From IMG/VR virus record IMGVR_UViG_3300027780_000027, positions 1 through 42,673 of that record: a stretch of DNA of 42,673 nt, one strand, 5' to 3'. The position numbers were made by a program, and so were the translations under genes. The stretch comes from a virus (taxonomy: Duplodnaviria; Caudoviricetes). Below the pieces are notes generated by a model, which made no database searches, was not told the DNA's origin, and was given only the letters and a program-made list of their open reading frames with translations. Of the stretch, positions 18,194-28,314 are shown piece by piece. Every line of letters starts with the position of its first letter. Position 1 is the stretch's first letter.

Positions 18194-20950
18194 TTATTTT
18201 CCTTTAGATTTTTTAGATTCTTTAACATCATATTGATTTTTATTAGTTCTTGCAATTTCTAAATCTTTATTTGCAACGTCTCTTGTAGCTGCAATTTTTT
18301 CTCTTTCTACTTTTAATCTTTCTGATTCCATTGTGTTTTTCATTGCTATCTGATCACGTTTTAAATTTGTTTGTTCTTGGAATCTTGTAGTATCTCTAAT
18401 ATCTTTCATTGCGTCTTGAAAATCAGATACTTGATTTTGATTAATATCAGAAGCTGCTCCAGATCCTGCTGATCTAATTTCTGCAATAGTTATATTATTT
18501 TGTCTATCCTTATCGTTTTCTTGCATTTCAGCTTGTAACTTCATTTGTTCTTCTTGTGCTTTAGCTTGAAGTTGTTGCTCTTGCATTTGACGTTGTTGTT
18601 GCATTTCTTGAGCTCTTGATTGCTCAGTACGGGTTTCTGAATCTTTTAATATATCTGTTATTTCTGATATAGAATCTGCTTTAACAATATTACCAAGCTC
18701 ATATATAGAAGCTCCTGTAGTATTATTTGTTAATGCCATTTGTTTAAGTTGTTCTAAAATTGCTCTGTGGTTAGTTTTAGTAGTCGCAAATACATTAAAA
18801 TCTCTAAGTAATAGATCAGTACCATTCATTGTAAAATTAACCTTCTGAGCTTCTGTAGAGATGTATGATAATCTAACACTTGGTTTAGTGCTATTATAAT
18901 ATTGTGCCAAATCAGTTCTCATTTGATGAACTCTAGGCATTAAATGATCTGAGTGTTGTACAAAATATATTTCTGTTTGCGCATATGATTGCTGCATTGC
19001 ATTTACTACACCAGTGGCTGTTTCTGCAGATACTGCTCCACCCAACCTTTGTGGATTAATACCAATAGAGTCAAAACATTGTTGTTTAAAATAATTTGCT
19101 AATTGTATTCTTGACATTAATCTACTAGTTTGCTCCATATTTAGAGTTTGATAGTGATTAAAATTAGTGGCATTTTCTGTATTAGTAATTGATGTATCTA
19201 AAGGTAACATCTGAAAATCTTTCATAGCAACAAATGCTTTTGCATAATTGTTTTTACCCCAATCTTCACCCATTGAATGACGAGGTAGTGCATTTTGATC
19301 AAACATTATTACAGTACCTAATTCATCAATAAGGATATCTGCAATTTGATTATTAACCATATTGTAACCAACTTGATATGCTTTCATTAAATCTACTAAA
19401 GAAGTTGATCTAGTGTTTCTATCAGAAAATACTCTTCCTTCTACTGGTAGTTTACAACCGTATAATGAATTTTCTCCTTTAAATTGAAAGGGTAATCTTC
19501 CTGGCTTTTCTCTATTAATACCTAAATATATAGGATTAACATTATCATCCATTGTAGTTCTCCACATAGCAGGTACATTGGGACCTATTTTTACTCCACC
19601 CCATGTTTCATTTATCCAAATCCATTCTACATGCTCACCTTGTAATAATGTATCTTTAGATTTGTTTTTAAATATAGATGTATCATAAACTGGTTTTTCA
19701 GTTATTTTAAATGTTTCATCTATAATTTCTTGTACTACTTCACCATCTTCTTCTATTTTAGTTAAATGACCTACTTGTCTTTGAGTTTTCCAATAAATTG
19801 TAGATACTCTCATTAGGTTTCCATCTCCCCATTGTTCTAAATCTTCACTTTGGGAAAGTATTTGAGTAAGTATATCACCACCACGTGAAGGGTCAGCCAT
19901 ATAATTACTTGCATACTGTCTGTATGCTAATCCAGGTGCATTTGTATTCCACTCATGAGATCTAGTAGCATCATAATATGCACCATCATTTTGATAACCA
20001 TTTACTTGGTATTGAGCAGATCTAGCTGGATAAATTTTTTGTAAAGATTTTAATTGTTTATTATCCATTAAATAACCGTACTTATCTACTACATCTGATA
20101 CAGTCATTAAGTCTACTTTACCTACATAATTAGAATCTGCTATATATCTTTGATCTGGAGATTTTTGATAAAATGTTAATACAGGATTCCATAACTCTAC
20201 ATCATAGTCATCCTCTAACATACGGAAATGCCAAAACTCTCTATCTGCAATAAGCATATCACGAAAACCTCTTTCCTCTAACTCATGCATTTTAAATCTT
20301 TCCTCATCCACATTTAATTGGTGAGTTGCCCATTCTTCTATACTACTTCTGTAAGACTTACTAAAGTAGTCTTCTATTTCAGGAAGTGTTTTTAAATTTT
20401 CAGGAGATAGTTGCTGTTGTGCTTCTTCAGATGCCGGATCCATTCCTGCCTCTATCATTTTTTGAACTAATTGCATTTCAGCATCAGCTAATAGTGTATC
20501 TTCTATTGCTGATTTTTTTTGCTCAAGCATTTCATTATAAGACTTATCATCTACTGCTCTAAATTGTACTTTATTATATCTTTTTGTAAACTCTCCACTT
20601 AATACATTTATTACATTTGGAACAATAGGATAAAATTTAAGCTCTAAAGCAGAATCATTTTCTTTTGTTAAAACATCCATCATATCTTTATAGTCATTAT
20701 CTTCTTCAACTATATAATCTGATTTATCAATAATACCTTTTGCTAATTTATAGTTTTTTAAAAGCCTTCTTGCATTTGATCTTAAAAATTCAACACCTTG
20801 TAATTCTAACCAATCTAAATTCCATGCTGACCAATCATCAGTTTTTTCTGAAGCAGGTAAAAACTGTACTGGTTGAGTTAAACTTGAATACGTAGAGCTA
20901 GATTCTGCTTTAGCGCCATTTTTTAACTGCATTGCATTTAATACTTTCAT
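18194..20950 (-). CDS. Portal protein
   Basis: 918 aa right after the terminase; FYPIVPNVINVLSGE, SLVDLMKAYQ..YN and GINPQRLG motifs, with a Q/E-rich coiled-coil C-terminus. Confidence 0.9.
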   Translation of the reverse strand: MKVLNAMQLKNGAKAESSSTYSSLTQPVQFLPASEKTDDWSAWNLDWLELQGVEFLRSNARRLLKNYKLAKGIIDKSDYIVEEDNDYKDMMDVLTKENDSALELKFYPIVPNVINVLSGEFTKRYNKVQFRAVDDKSYNEMLEQKKSAIEDTLLADAEMQLVQKMIEAGMDPASEEAQQQLSPENLKTLPEIEDYFSKSYRSSIEEWATHQLNVDEERFKMHELEERGFRDMLIADREFWHFRMLEDDYDVELWNPVLTFYQKSPDQRYIADSNYVGKVDLMTVSDVVDKYGYLMDNKQLKSLQKIYPARSAQYQVNGYQNDGAYYDATRSHEWNTNAPGLAYRQYASNYMADPSRGGDILTQILSQSEDLEQWGDGNLMRVSTIYWKTQRQVGHLTKIEEDGEVVQEIIDETFKITEKPVYDTSIFKNKSKDTLLQGEHVEWIWINETWGGVKIGPNVPAMWRTTMDDNVNPIYLGINREKPGRLPFQFKGENSLYGCKLPVEGRVFSDRNTRSTSLVDLMKAYQVGYNMVNNQIADILIDELGTVIMFDQNALPRHSMGEDWGKNNYAKAFVAMKDFQMLPLDTSITNTENATNFNHYQTLNMEQTSRLMSRIQLANYFKQQCFDSIGINPQRLGGAVSAETATGVVNAMQQSYAQTEIYFVQHSDHLMPRVHQMRTDLAQYYNSTKPSVRLSYISTEAQKVNFTMNGTDLLLRDFNVFATTKTNHRAILEQLKQMALTNNTTGASIYELGNIVKADSISEITDILKDSETRTEQSRAQEMQQQRQMQEQQLQAKAQEEQMKLQAEMQENDKDRQNNITIAEIRSAGSGAASDINQNQVSDFQDAMKDIRDTTRFQEQTNLKRDQIAMKNTMESERLKVEREKIAATRDVANKDLEIARTNKNQYDVKESKKSKGK

Positions 20951-20972
20951 TCCGTATTTTGTTTAGTTAAAT

Positions 20973-23159
20973 CTATTTAATATTTTTAAATCCAGACCTG
21001 TTGGGTCTATTAGTTCTTGATGTTGAACTACGTCCAATATTTTTAAATGGACTATACTTTAATTTATACAAATTTTCTGAATTTACCAAAGATTTACCCT
21101 CTGATTCACGTCTTTTAGTATATCCTCTATTAGATTGTTGTATTTTAACAAATGCTATTAATGCACCAAATGCAACTAATCTATCCACATTTAAACCAGG
21201 GTAATAAGCTAACATTTCTTTTATTAACATAGGGTCTGGTATTCTTTCTACACCTAATGTTTGATTTGTAACTACACCATTTATATCAGTTTCTTCATCA
21301 ATTACTTCTCTTAAGAATTCTATAGCGTAAGATATTAAATGACTTTTAAATAATGTTCCTGTATTTTTCCACCCATATTCTTGATATACAGTTTTGTTAG
21401 AACCTAGATCTTTTAAAAATAATATTTGTTGTTTAGGTACCAAATATCTTTGTTTTCTTCTAGCAATCATATGCTGTATAAAAAGAGATATGTTATTTTC
21501 TACTAATGTCCATGCATTATACCACTCTATAATTAGTTCTAATCTTTCATGTGTTTTATTAATATCATCAAACCGCCCACACCATGCAGCAACTACTTTA
21601 TCTTTTTCTATAAATTGTTCTACCTCTCCCAATTCTGTAGTTCTAATTACTTCCATTGCATTTTTATAAACAAATATAGAACACAATGAATCTGACGTTG
21701 TTGTTTTTCCTTCTGATACTGGATCAATAGAAGCATAATAAGCACCAAATTCTGGGCTTTTTATAGGTCTTTCCCAAACAACAATGCAACCCGTTTTATC
21801 TATTTGTTTTTTATCAACTGGAAACTTACTTATTGGTAATTTATTAGTTCTTTTAGCAGAGATTCCTTTTTCATCTCTATCTAATTCTATTAATTCATAG
21901 GGGTATTCTTTTTCTTCAATTCTTTTTTGTTGTCTAGATAATACCCCTTGTGGAAATATTGAAGCTTTTCTATATGCAAAAGCTTCAGAAATATTCATTG
22001 GTTTTTGAGAAATTCTTAATTGAAACTGTTCTCCATTTAATTCATTTTTCCATTTTGATCTTTCTTGTACAATTGCTTTTACTGCTTCGTCAACCTCTGA
22101 ATTTCCATATTTATCAATAAATGGAGGCATTGACCATTGTTCTGGAATGAATAAACCTGCCATTCCTATTGTTCCATCTGCATCCATTAAATTAGTTTCA
22201 ACAGAATAAATATCATTTGCATCAGGATTAAGTATCATTTCTTTTAAAGGATTACATTGCTGTAAATCTCCAACAGATCCGGCTGCTATAAACATTCCTG
22301 TTGTTATCATTCCTGATGACATTGCTGGACGTAAGTATTCATATGTATCAGACATTTTAGGAGCAATCCCTGCTTCTTCATGAAAAAAATATGAACATGG
22401 TCCCCCTACGCCTGTAGTAGCATTTTTTTCAAATGAAGCACCTTGAATTTTAGATTTTAATCCTCTTGCTGTTTTTCTATTATTTATTTTAACTTCAATT
22501 TGCTGTTGCCATAATAATACTTTTTCTGGATTACTTGGTCTATACCAAGCGGTGTGTTCATTTAAAAACGTTTTATATTCATCTAAAAATTTCCATGAAC
22601 CTTTGTCATTAATAAAATCTTTTAAAGATGCACCTATTTTACAAATGGATCCTTCTTCAAACCAATATGTATTAATTAACTTCCCCATATGAAAATATGA
22701 AGAAGCTATTTGACGTTTTTTTAATATTGCTGAATGTTTATTATTTAATTCTGCTAATAACTCATAAAGAGCCATGTGATATTGTGCATCTCTTACTTTA
22801 GCAAAACCGTAATGTTTTTCTTCTTTATCAAATATGGGTAGAAAGTTTAACCACATATAATAATCTCTACTTAAAAAAAAACTTTTAGGACCATCATTAT
22901 ATATTACACCTACCCTACATTTGTTTTTTTGATCTTCCCAATAGGTAGTGAAGTCTTTTGATCTAAATGGTGCATTACAATAAAAGCCCTGTTTGTTAAA
23001 AGCTTTAGCCTCACTATTAAATATATATGCTATATCTGTAAACCCATAATCACCAGGTTCTTTAAATATACTTAATATATAATCTATAAATAATTTTTCA
23101 GTTTCAAAATCAGTTGTTGACCATTCTCCATTTGTGTATGTAGGAACGGTTTTATACAT
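20973..23159 (-). CDS. terL: Terminase large subunit
   Basis: Walker A-like LKKRQIASS, Walker B FFHEEAG and nuclease motif ASIDP...DS. ATG at 23159 preferred over TTG at 23171. Confidence 0.93.
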   Translation of the reverse strand: MYKTVPTYTNGEWSTTDFETEKLFIDYILSIFKEPGDYGFTDIAYIFNSEAKAFNKQGFYCNAPFRSKDFTTYWEDQKNKCRVGVIYNDGPKSFFLSRDYYMWLNFLPIFDKEEKHYGFAKVRDAQYHMALYELLAELNNKHSAILKKRQIASSYFHMGKLINTYWFEEGSICKIGASLKDFINDKGSWKFLDEYKTFLNEHTAWYRPSNPEKVLLWQQQIEVKINNRKTARGLKSKIQGASFEKNATTGVGGPCSYFFHEEAGIAPKMSDTYEYLRPAMSSGMITTGMFIAAGSVGDLQQCNPLKEMILNPDANDIYSVETNLMDADGTIGMAGLFIPEQWSMPPFIDKYGNSEVDEAVKAIVQERSKWKNELNGEQFQLRISQKPMNISEAFAYRKASIFPQGVLSRQQKRIEEKEYPYELIELDRDEKGISAKRTNKLPISKFPVDKKQIDKTGCIVVWERPIKSPEFGAYYASIDPVSEGKTTTSDSLCSIFVYKNAMEVIRTTELGEVEQFIEKDKVVAAWCGRFDDINKTHERLELIIEWYNAWTLVENNISLFIQHMIARRKQRYLVPKQQILFLKDLGSNKTVYQEYGWKNTGTLFKSHLISYAIEFLREVIDEETDINGVVTNQTLGVERIPDPMLIKEMLAYYPGLNVDRLVAFGALIAFVKIQQSNRGYTKRRESEGKSLVNSENLYKLKYSPFKNIGRSSTSRTNRPNRSGFKNIK

Positions 23160-23436
23160 TCGGTACTTCAACTAAAATTGCAAATACATCACCTTCTTGA
23201 ATTAATAAATGTTCTTCTTGATTGTGTTTCATTGCAGTAGGTAAACAATGTTCCGTATATTGAATAACATCCCCCATTTTAATTTCTTCTACTGATTGCC
23301 CTATACCAACTACAGTACCTATACATTCTTTTTTAACAGCCATTTCAGGTATAATAAATCCTGATTCAGTCATTGTTTGAGCTTTTTTTTGTTTGATTAA
23401 AAGTTTTTTTCCTACTGGTATTACTTGTTGTGCCAT
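23152..23436 (-). CDS. groES: Co-chaperonin GroES
   Basis: PVGKKLLIK, TESGFIIP, GTVVGIG, IKMGDVI and LLIQEGDVFAI match the Cpn10 pattern. Confidence 0.9.
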   Translation of the reverse strand: MAQQVIPVGKKLLIKQKKAQTMTESGFIIPEMAVKKECIGTVVGIGQSVEEIKMGDVIQYTEHCLPTAMKHNQEEHLLIQEGDVFAILVEVPNV

Positions 23437-23515
23437 CTTTGTTAGTTTTTTTTATATTATTAAATTCTGGTTCATCCCAATAACAGAAATGCCATTGCGT
23501 TTTATTTTTACTCAT

Positions 23516-24034
23516 TTATAGTTGATCGTATGCTAATCCTGCACCACCACGTACTGAACTTTCTTGTTCTTGTTTCATATCAGTAAATGCACCTTTGTAA
23601 GAACTTCTTATTTGCTCAAATTTTGCAGCAGCATTAACCATTGAATTTATATTACCGTCTCTGCCGTGTTCTATTGCAGTAACTTCCATATACTTTGCCA
23701 ATCTATCTAACATGGATTTAATACCCACATAAGCTCTATATGTAGGTGTCTCATACATTTTTTTACACATATCTAAAGCATATCTAATTTTACCATCTTC
23801 AGGTGATTCTTCTAAACCAACTTCTTCTATAATTATATCTTCTTTTTCATGTTCTGGTAAATTAAAAAATGGATTTAAATCTGGATTTGGACAACTCATG
23901 TAAAATACATATTGATATACTTGCATATATGTATCTGGATATTCTGTCATTATTTTTTTAAGAAATGGTAAAGAATAACAATGTTCAGAAGGTATAACTT
24001 TATTGTTTTGTATATCAAATAATCTTACTATCAT
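23516..24034 (-). CDS. Conserved hypothetical protein, small terminase candidate
   Basis: 172-aa helical protein shortly upstream of terL; function inferred from position only. Confidence 0.45.
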   Translation of the reverse strand: MIVRLFDIQNNKVIPSEHCYSLPFLKKIMTEYPDTYMQVYQYVFYMSCPNPDLNPFFNLPEHEKEDIIIEEVGLEESPEDGKIRYALDMCKKMYETPTYRAYVGIKSMLDRLAKYMEVTAIEHGRDGNINSMVNAAAKFEQIRSSYKGAFTDMKQEQESSVRGGAGLAYDQL

Positions 24035-24046
24035 ATTGTTTTGTTT

Positions 24047-24301
24047 TTATAAGGCATCTATATAAGCTTTAACAGTAGCATAACTATCAGTAACATAAAT
24101 TGGTAGCATAGATCCTGCTACATATACTTGACGTACATCTATAATAGTTCCGTTTGATTGATATGCTGTTCCAACACCAGATAATGAAGTAGGATTTATT
24201 GCTATTAAAGATTCTGAACCTTCTACTATATACATTGTAGCAGGGGCTGTTTGAGGAGTTGTTTGTGTTAAAAAAACTTGTGTTAATTGTATTGCTGCCA
24301 T
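24047..24301 (-). CDS. Hypothetical protein
   Basis: 84 aa, TAATG-coupled to the nuclease gene. Confidence 0.65.
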   Translation of the reverse strand: MAAIQLTQVFLTQTTPQTAPATMYIVEGSESLIAINPTSLSGVGTAYQSNGTIIDVRQVYVAGSMLPIYVTDSYATVKAYIDAL

Positions 24302-25113
24302 TAATTTTTATCTTTAAGCCACATCATTAATGAAGATACTTCATCTTTTAAATATGGCAGTTCATATATTTTTACTTCTTCTAAGACAGGTTCACCATTT
24401 TCTACCTTTGTAATTGGATAACCGTTTTTATCTTCCCCTACTTTAACAAATTTAACATGTTGAATTGTTAACTTTCCTATTTTTAATTTAGGATTATGTT
24501 TCTTAATAATATACGCATAAATACTTAATTGTAAGTTATAATGTTTAAGATTACAATCATCTAAATGATTTACAGGTTTATACATTTTATTAGTTATACC
24601 TTCCCAATTTGTATAACCTTTAGATTTTATTTCTTTATTTGTTTTGTAATCATTAATATTAATATATCCATTTACTATTTCAACAACATCTGCTTGGCCA
24701 CATAAACCCATTGATTTTAAATAAACTAAGTGTTCTGGATATACACCGTCTCTAAGTTTTTGAACCGGTGCAAATTTTATACCTTTATCATCAATAATTG
24801 GTTTAATAATAGGTACTTCAAAACCATAACGGCCAATGGTATTTAACTCCATCATATCTGCTTCTCTTTGGTTATGATACCAATTTCCTAATTTAATAGC
24901 TCTTTGTGTTTCACCATCCCATGCAGTTATTATTTCTTTTGATGTCATACCATGCCACTTAGATCTTTTATTTTTAGAAGATTTTTTAGCTTGCCCTTCT
25001 CTATCAAATTTGGGTTTAAACATTCCAATAAAGGATGTTACACTTGTCCAGTTTATTTTCTCTTCATCTGTGCTTTCATACACATGACCTTCTTCTACAA
25101 ATCTTAGTCCCAT
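24301..25113 (-). CDS. PD-(D/E)XK exonuclease (RecB/Cas4-like superfamily)
   Basis: SVTSFI, GNWYH, E..GQAD..INDYKT and YNLQLSIY motifs; probable start is the ATG at 25113 (MGLRF). Confidence 0.85.
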   Translation of the reverse strand: MGLRFVEEGHVYESTDEEKINWTSVTSFIGMFKPKFDREGQAKKSSKNKRSKWHGMTSKEIITAWDGETQRAIKLGNWYHNQREADMMELNTIGRYGFEVPIIKPIIDDKGIKFAPVQKLRDGVYPEHLVYLKSMGLCGQADVVEIVNGYININDYKTNKEIKSKGYTNWEGITNKMYKPVNHLDDCNLKHYNLQLSIYAYIIKKHNPKLKIGKLTIQHVKFVKVGEDKNGYPITKVENGEPVLEEVKIYELPYLKDEVSSLMMWLKDKN

Positions 25114-25123
25114 GGTTTTATTT

Positions 25124-25282
25124 TTATGTTGTTGTTGTTGTATAATCAAATCTTCCAGGAGTTGTAAAATTATTTATTACAGTACTAGTTTTTTCAGTTA
25201 ATAAAGTAACTGCTTCTTCTATGGTTATTTGATCTTCAGCTATTAATTCTCCTACTATTTGTTCTTTAGTTAACTTGCTCAT
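25124..25282 (-). CDS. Small hypothetical protein, 52 aa, not in ORF track
   Basis: MSKLTKEQIVGELIAEDQITIEEAVTLL...; fills the gap between neighbours. Confidence 0.65.
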   Translation of the reverse strand: MSKLTKEQIVGELIAEDQITIEEAVTLLTEKTSTVINNFTTPGRFDYTTTTT

Positions 25283-25598
25283 TGTCTATTTGTTTAATTA
25301 TTATTTCTTCTGTTTCTTCAGACATAAGTGATTTCCAATAACCTTTTGGGCATTCACTAGATAATGATCTTACTTTAAAAGCCAAACTACATCCACAATC
25401 TGAACAACAAGGTTGAGTACCAGGAGCTAAGCAATCTGTTCCTTTTGCATCAAACATAGAACATTTAATACATGTTTGAAATCTTTCTTTTGCAACAGCT
25501 TCAATGTGTTCTTTTTTAAATATATTATTTTTAATGCCTTCTGCAATTTGATTTATATTTTTAAAAACATTAGTATATTTTTTCCAAGACTTACTCAT
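25266..25598 (-). CDS. Cys-rich metal-binding protein (DUF6171-like)
   Basis: R..TCIKC...C...CCSDCGC..K......CPKGYW pattern. Confidence 0.7.
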   Translation of the reverse strand: MSKSWKKYTNVFKNINQIAEGIKNNIFKKEHIEAVAKERFQTCIKCSMFDAKGTDCLAPGTQPCCSDCGCSLAFKVRSLSSECPKGYWKSLMSEETEEIIIKQIDNEQVN

Positions 25599-25951
25599 TT
25601 TTTTGCTTTAAAATTTTTTTTATTTTCTTTGTCTTCTTCTAATTGTTTTAAAGCTTTAGTCATTTGCTTTATGTTTTCAGTTATACTTTCACTTTTAGCA
25701 TATCCATTATATGTTCTTTTTGCAATATTACCCAACATACTTTTATTTTTTTTAATAGCAGTTTCTAATCTACCTTTTCTTAAATAAAATGTGCCAATGC
25801 CTTCTACATTAATTCTGGGATAATCTAGAGTAGAAAGTTTTTTTCTAATTTTAGAATAATAAAAGGATATAAAATCATCAACTACTTGCTGATGAACTCC
25901 AACTTCTTCTGCAATTCCCTTTTTAAACTCTTTGTGTTTCTTTGGATTCAC
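25595..25951 (-). CDS. HU/IHF-like DNA-binding protein
   Basis: IAEEVGVHQQVVDDFI...INVEGIGTF resembles the HU N-terminal fold. Confidence 0.65.
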   Translation of the reverse strand: MNPKKHKEFKKGIAEEVGVHQQVVDDFISFYYSKIRKKLSTLDYPRINVEGIGTFYLRKGRLETAIKKNKSMLGNIAKRTYNGYAKSESITENIKQMTKALKQLEEDKENKKNFKAKK

Positions 25952-26303
25952 TTCCTAAAATTTTATAATCTAATAATACTAGTCCTTTTGATTGAACATT
26001 TATGTATTTATTTAATTTTATTGTTTTTTTATTATTACCTTTTTTATCTATTAGTAATTTTTTTTCTGCTTTAGAGATTGCATTTCTAGCTGATTGTGAA
26101 CTTTTAAATATTGTTAGATCAGTTAAAATATTGCAAAATTTTGAAATTTCTATATTAGGGTTTCTTGCTAATACTGCTAAAAATTCTAAATCAGATTTAC
26201 TAATTGTTATTCCGTTAAAAAAACAATATGTAACTATTTGATATTTTATTGAGGTATGTAAACCTACTTTATGTTTTAAATCTACTTTATTTACGATTGC
26301 CAT
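25923..26303 (-). CDS. Putative winged-helix DNA-binding protein
   Basis: SQSARNAISKAEKKLLIDK wHTH-like segment. Confidence 0.5.
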   Translation of the reverse strand: MAIVNKVDLKHKVGLHTSIKYQIVTYCFFNGITISKSDLEFLAVLARNPNIEISKFCNILTDLTIFKSSQSARNAISKAEKKLLIDKKGNNKKTIKLNKYINVQSKGLVLLDYKILGSESKETQRV

Positions 26304-26305
26304 AA

Positions 26306-27223
26306 TTATAAACTTAAGATCATATCTACAAGGTTAGGATCCGGATAACAATCAGATTTATCCTTTCTAACATTAGTATGAGTTAATAATCCTTTTATTT
26401 TTCCTAAAGATGCATCCATTTGAAATCCAAATCCTTTTGTTGGACCATATTTTTGAATAAATTGTTTTAATCCTATTCTAATATCAATACAATCTCTTTC
26501 ACCTACATAACGAATCCATTGTTCTATTGCTTTTATTTGTGCATCAGAATATTTATGGTAATGTAAATAACCTTGAAATGGTTCATCAAGCTCTATTACT
26601 TGATCTGATAAAACTTTAGTATTTACATATGTTTTATGATCATTATTTAAATAGCCCATTGAGCATATTTCTAAACCAACAGAATGCCTATTCATCCAAC
26701 CGGATAATGTTTTACCTAAGTGCCATCCTTGTGATCCAGTTGGAAATGCTTGTACCATAACACCATCAAACTCATTATCTCCATTTCTATGGTTAATACC
26801 CCCTAATACAAATTCAGTGGCAATCCTACCTCTGTTATCTCTACCCCATTGATCTATAGTTCTGTATGGATTATTGTTTCCTGCAGTGTGATGTAAGAAT
26901 ATATATTCATTTTCTACAGGACCTTTTAAATATTCACCTTTTGATAAATAATGTTTGTGAATAAGCTGATTAAAATTAGTTGTATAGTACCCATTTGATA
27001 TATCAGTATCTTCATCAATAGATTCTTCTGGTACAAATGGTTTATTAAAAAGCAATACCCACATATCACTGTCTACCATTCCGGTAACAACTAAACCATT
27101 AGAAAGTTGATACCTTATAACAGCTTTTTCTGTTATTGGTCCAAAATGACTATCTTTTTTTAAATCTAATTTATCTTGTAGGTGAGATACATTAAGACTT
27201 ACGTCTCCTTTTTTAAGTAGCAT
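26306..27223 (-). CDS. Endolysin: peptidoglycan-binding domain plus N-acetylmuramoyl-L-alanine amidase
   Basis: N-terminal LKKGD...FGPITEKAVIRYQ...G.V PG-binding motif; amidase motifs LHHTAG, WHLG, SVGLEI and THTNVRKDKSDC. Confidence 0.9.
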   Translation of the reverse strand: MLLKKGDVSLNVSHLQDKLDLKKDSHFGPITEKAVIRYQLSNGLVVTGMVDSDMWVLLFNKPFVPEESIDEDTDISNGYYTTNFNQLIHKHYLSKGEYLKGPVENEYIFLHHTAGNNNPYRTIDQWGRDNRGRIATEFVLGGINHRNGDNEFDGVMVQAFPTGSQGWHLGKTLSGWMNRHSVGLEICSMGYLNNDHKTYVNTKVLSDQVIELDEPFQGYLHYHKYSDAQIKAIEQWIRYVGERDCIDIRIGLKQFIQKYGPTKGFGFQMDASLGKIKGLLTHTNVRKDKSDCYPDPNLVDMILSL

Positions 27224-27238
27224 AATATTAAATTTAAG

Positions 27239-27532
27239 TTAATCAATATTTTTTGCTGCTGCTTCCATTGCTGCTTTAAATGCTTGTGCTTCTTCTGAAT
27301 CTGATGCAACACCACCTTCTTTTTCATCAGCATATTGTTGAGCCATAAACATTTGAGCTTGCATTCGTTCTGCTCTAGATTTTTCTATACTAGCTAAAAG
27401 TTTTTCATATTTTGCTTGTATCTTTAAATGTTCTATGTTGTCATTGTAAAAAGATGTAATTTCTTCACGCCTAGCATTAAGTTCTTTTTTGCTAAGTTTT
27501 GTCTCTTGATTTTTTAAATTGGTTTTTGACAT
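27239..27532 (-). CDS. Helical hypothetical protein
   Basis: 97-aa coiled-coil ORF with its own upstream promoter-like region. Confidence 0.7.
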   Translation of the reverse strand: MSKTNLKNQETKLSKKELNARREEITSFYNDNIEHLKIQAKYEKLLASIEKSRAERMQAQMFMAQQYADEKEGGVASDSEEAQAFKAAMEAAAKNID

Positions 27533-27605
27533 TTTATAATTATTTAGTTAAACATTAAACAAATATATATATAAAATGTTTAACTAAATAAAGTTTATAG
27601 TATTT

Positions 27606-27893
27606 TTATCTAGATTTTATTCTATCTAGTTCTCTTTCTAGGAATTCAACTTTTACTTTTAAGGCTGAAGCTTCAGATTTAACATCCATTAAAGCGTTAG
27701 TACAATTGTCTTTATCTTTTTCTAATTTTTCTACTCTACTTATTAAATCATCTCTATAAATAGTTTGTTCACTTTGATTTTCTTTTTGTTTCTCTCTTTT
27801 ATTACGGATAAGAAACTCATAGAACTTCCAACCACCTGCACCAAAGATGACAGATATTGCTGTAATTATTATTGTAGTTAGATTTTCGCTCAT
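27606..27893 (-). CDS. Membrane-anchored coiled-coil protein, holin/spanin candidate
   Basis: N-terminal TM segment (IIITAISVIFGAGGW) plus coiled coil; near the endolysin. Confidence 0.55.
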   Translation of the reverse strand: MSENLTTIIITAISVIFGAGGWKFYEFLIRNKREKQKENQSEQTIYRDDLISRVEKLEKDKDNCTNALMDVKSEASALKVKVEFLERELDRIKSR

Positions 27894-28303
27894 TATTTTA
27901 GTGATCTTTCTAGTATTTCTTTCTTTAACTTAAATAGAATCCATGCCCACATAAAAGCATACCAGCATGTAATCAATATATTTTTAAAGTCTATTAATAC
28001 AAAAGCTTTTTCACTTTCAAATGTGTTTACTAAATATCTTATAGTTGAAAATAAATATAATATTAAATATGCTGTTACAAATTTAACAAGCCATTTTGTT
28101 TTGTGTAATGAAATCATCATTGAAACACTAATGGTTAAATATGCAGAATATAACCAATATGTATTAGGTTGACCAGCTTCAGTCCAATATTTTAATGTAG
28201 TCCAAAGAATTTGATTATTTAAAATATCACTTGCAACCCAAAAAAATAACAAAGGTTGAAAATCAAAATATAATAAAGTATCTTTTATTTTTTTAAAATA
28301 CAT
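27893..28303 (-). CDS. Multi-pass membrane protein, holin candidate
   Basis: Three to four hydrophobic segments; overlaps the next gene by one base. Confidence 0.55.
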   Translation of the reverse strand: MYFKKIKDTLLYFDFQPLLFFWVASDILNNQILWTTLKYWTEAGQPNTYWLYSAYLTISVSMMISLHKTKWLVKFVTAYLILYLFSTIRYLVNTFESEKAFVLIDFKNILITCWYAFMWAWILFKLKKEILERSLK

Positions 28304-28314
28304 TTTACCTATTG

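Noticed and set aside
20973-23171. Intein or intron in the terminase
   Set aside because: The ORF is continuous, with no intein C/S...HN boundary or LAGLIDADG motif visible.
23366-23515. 49-codon minus-strand ORF (MSKNKTQWHFCYWDEPEF...)
   Set aside because: It overlaps groES by about 70 bp and has no recognisable motif; it may be real but cannot be supported here.
24301-25113. Cas4-like nuclease suggesting a CRISPR system
   Set aside because: No repeat-spacer array or other cas genes seen, and the Cas4 Fe-S cysteine cluster is missing.
25127-25141. (ACA)n microsatellite giving poly-Gln at the nuclease N-terminus
   Set aside because: It is better explained as the poly-Thr end of the upstream 52-aa ORF; the nuclease probably starts at 25113.
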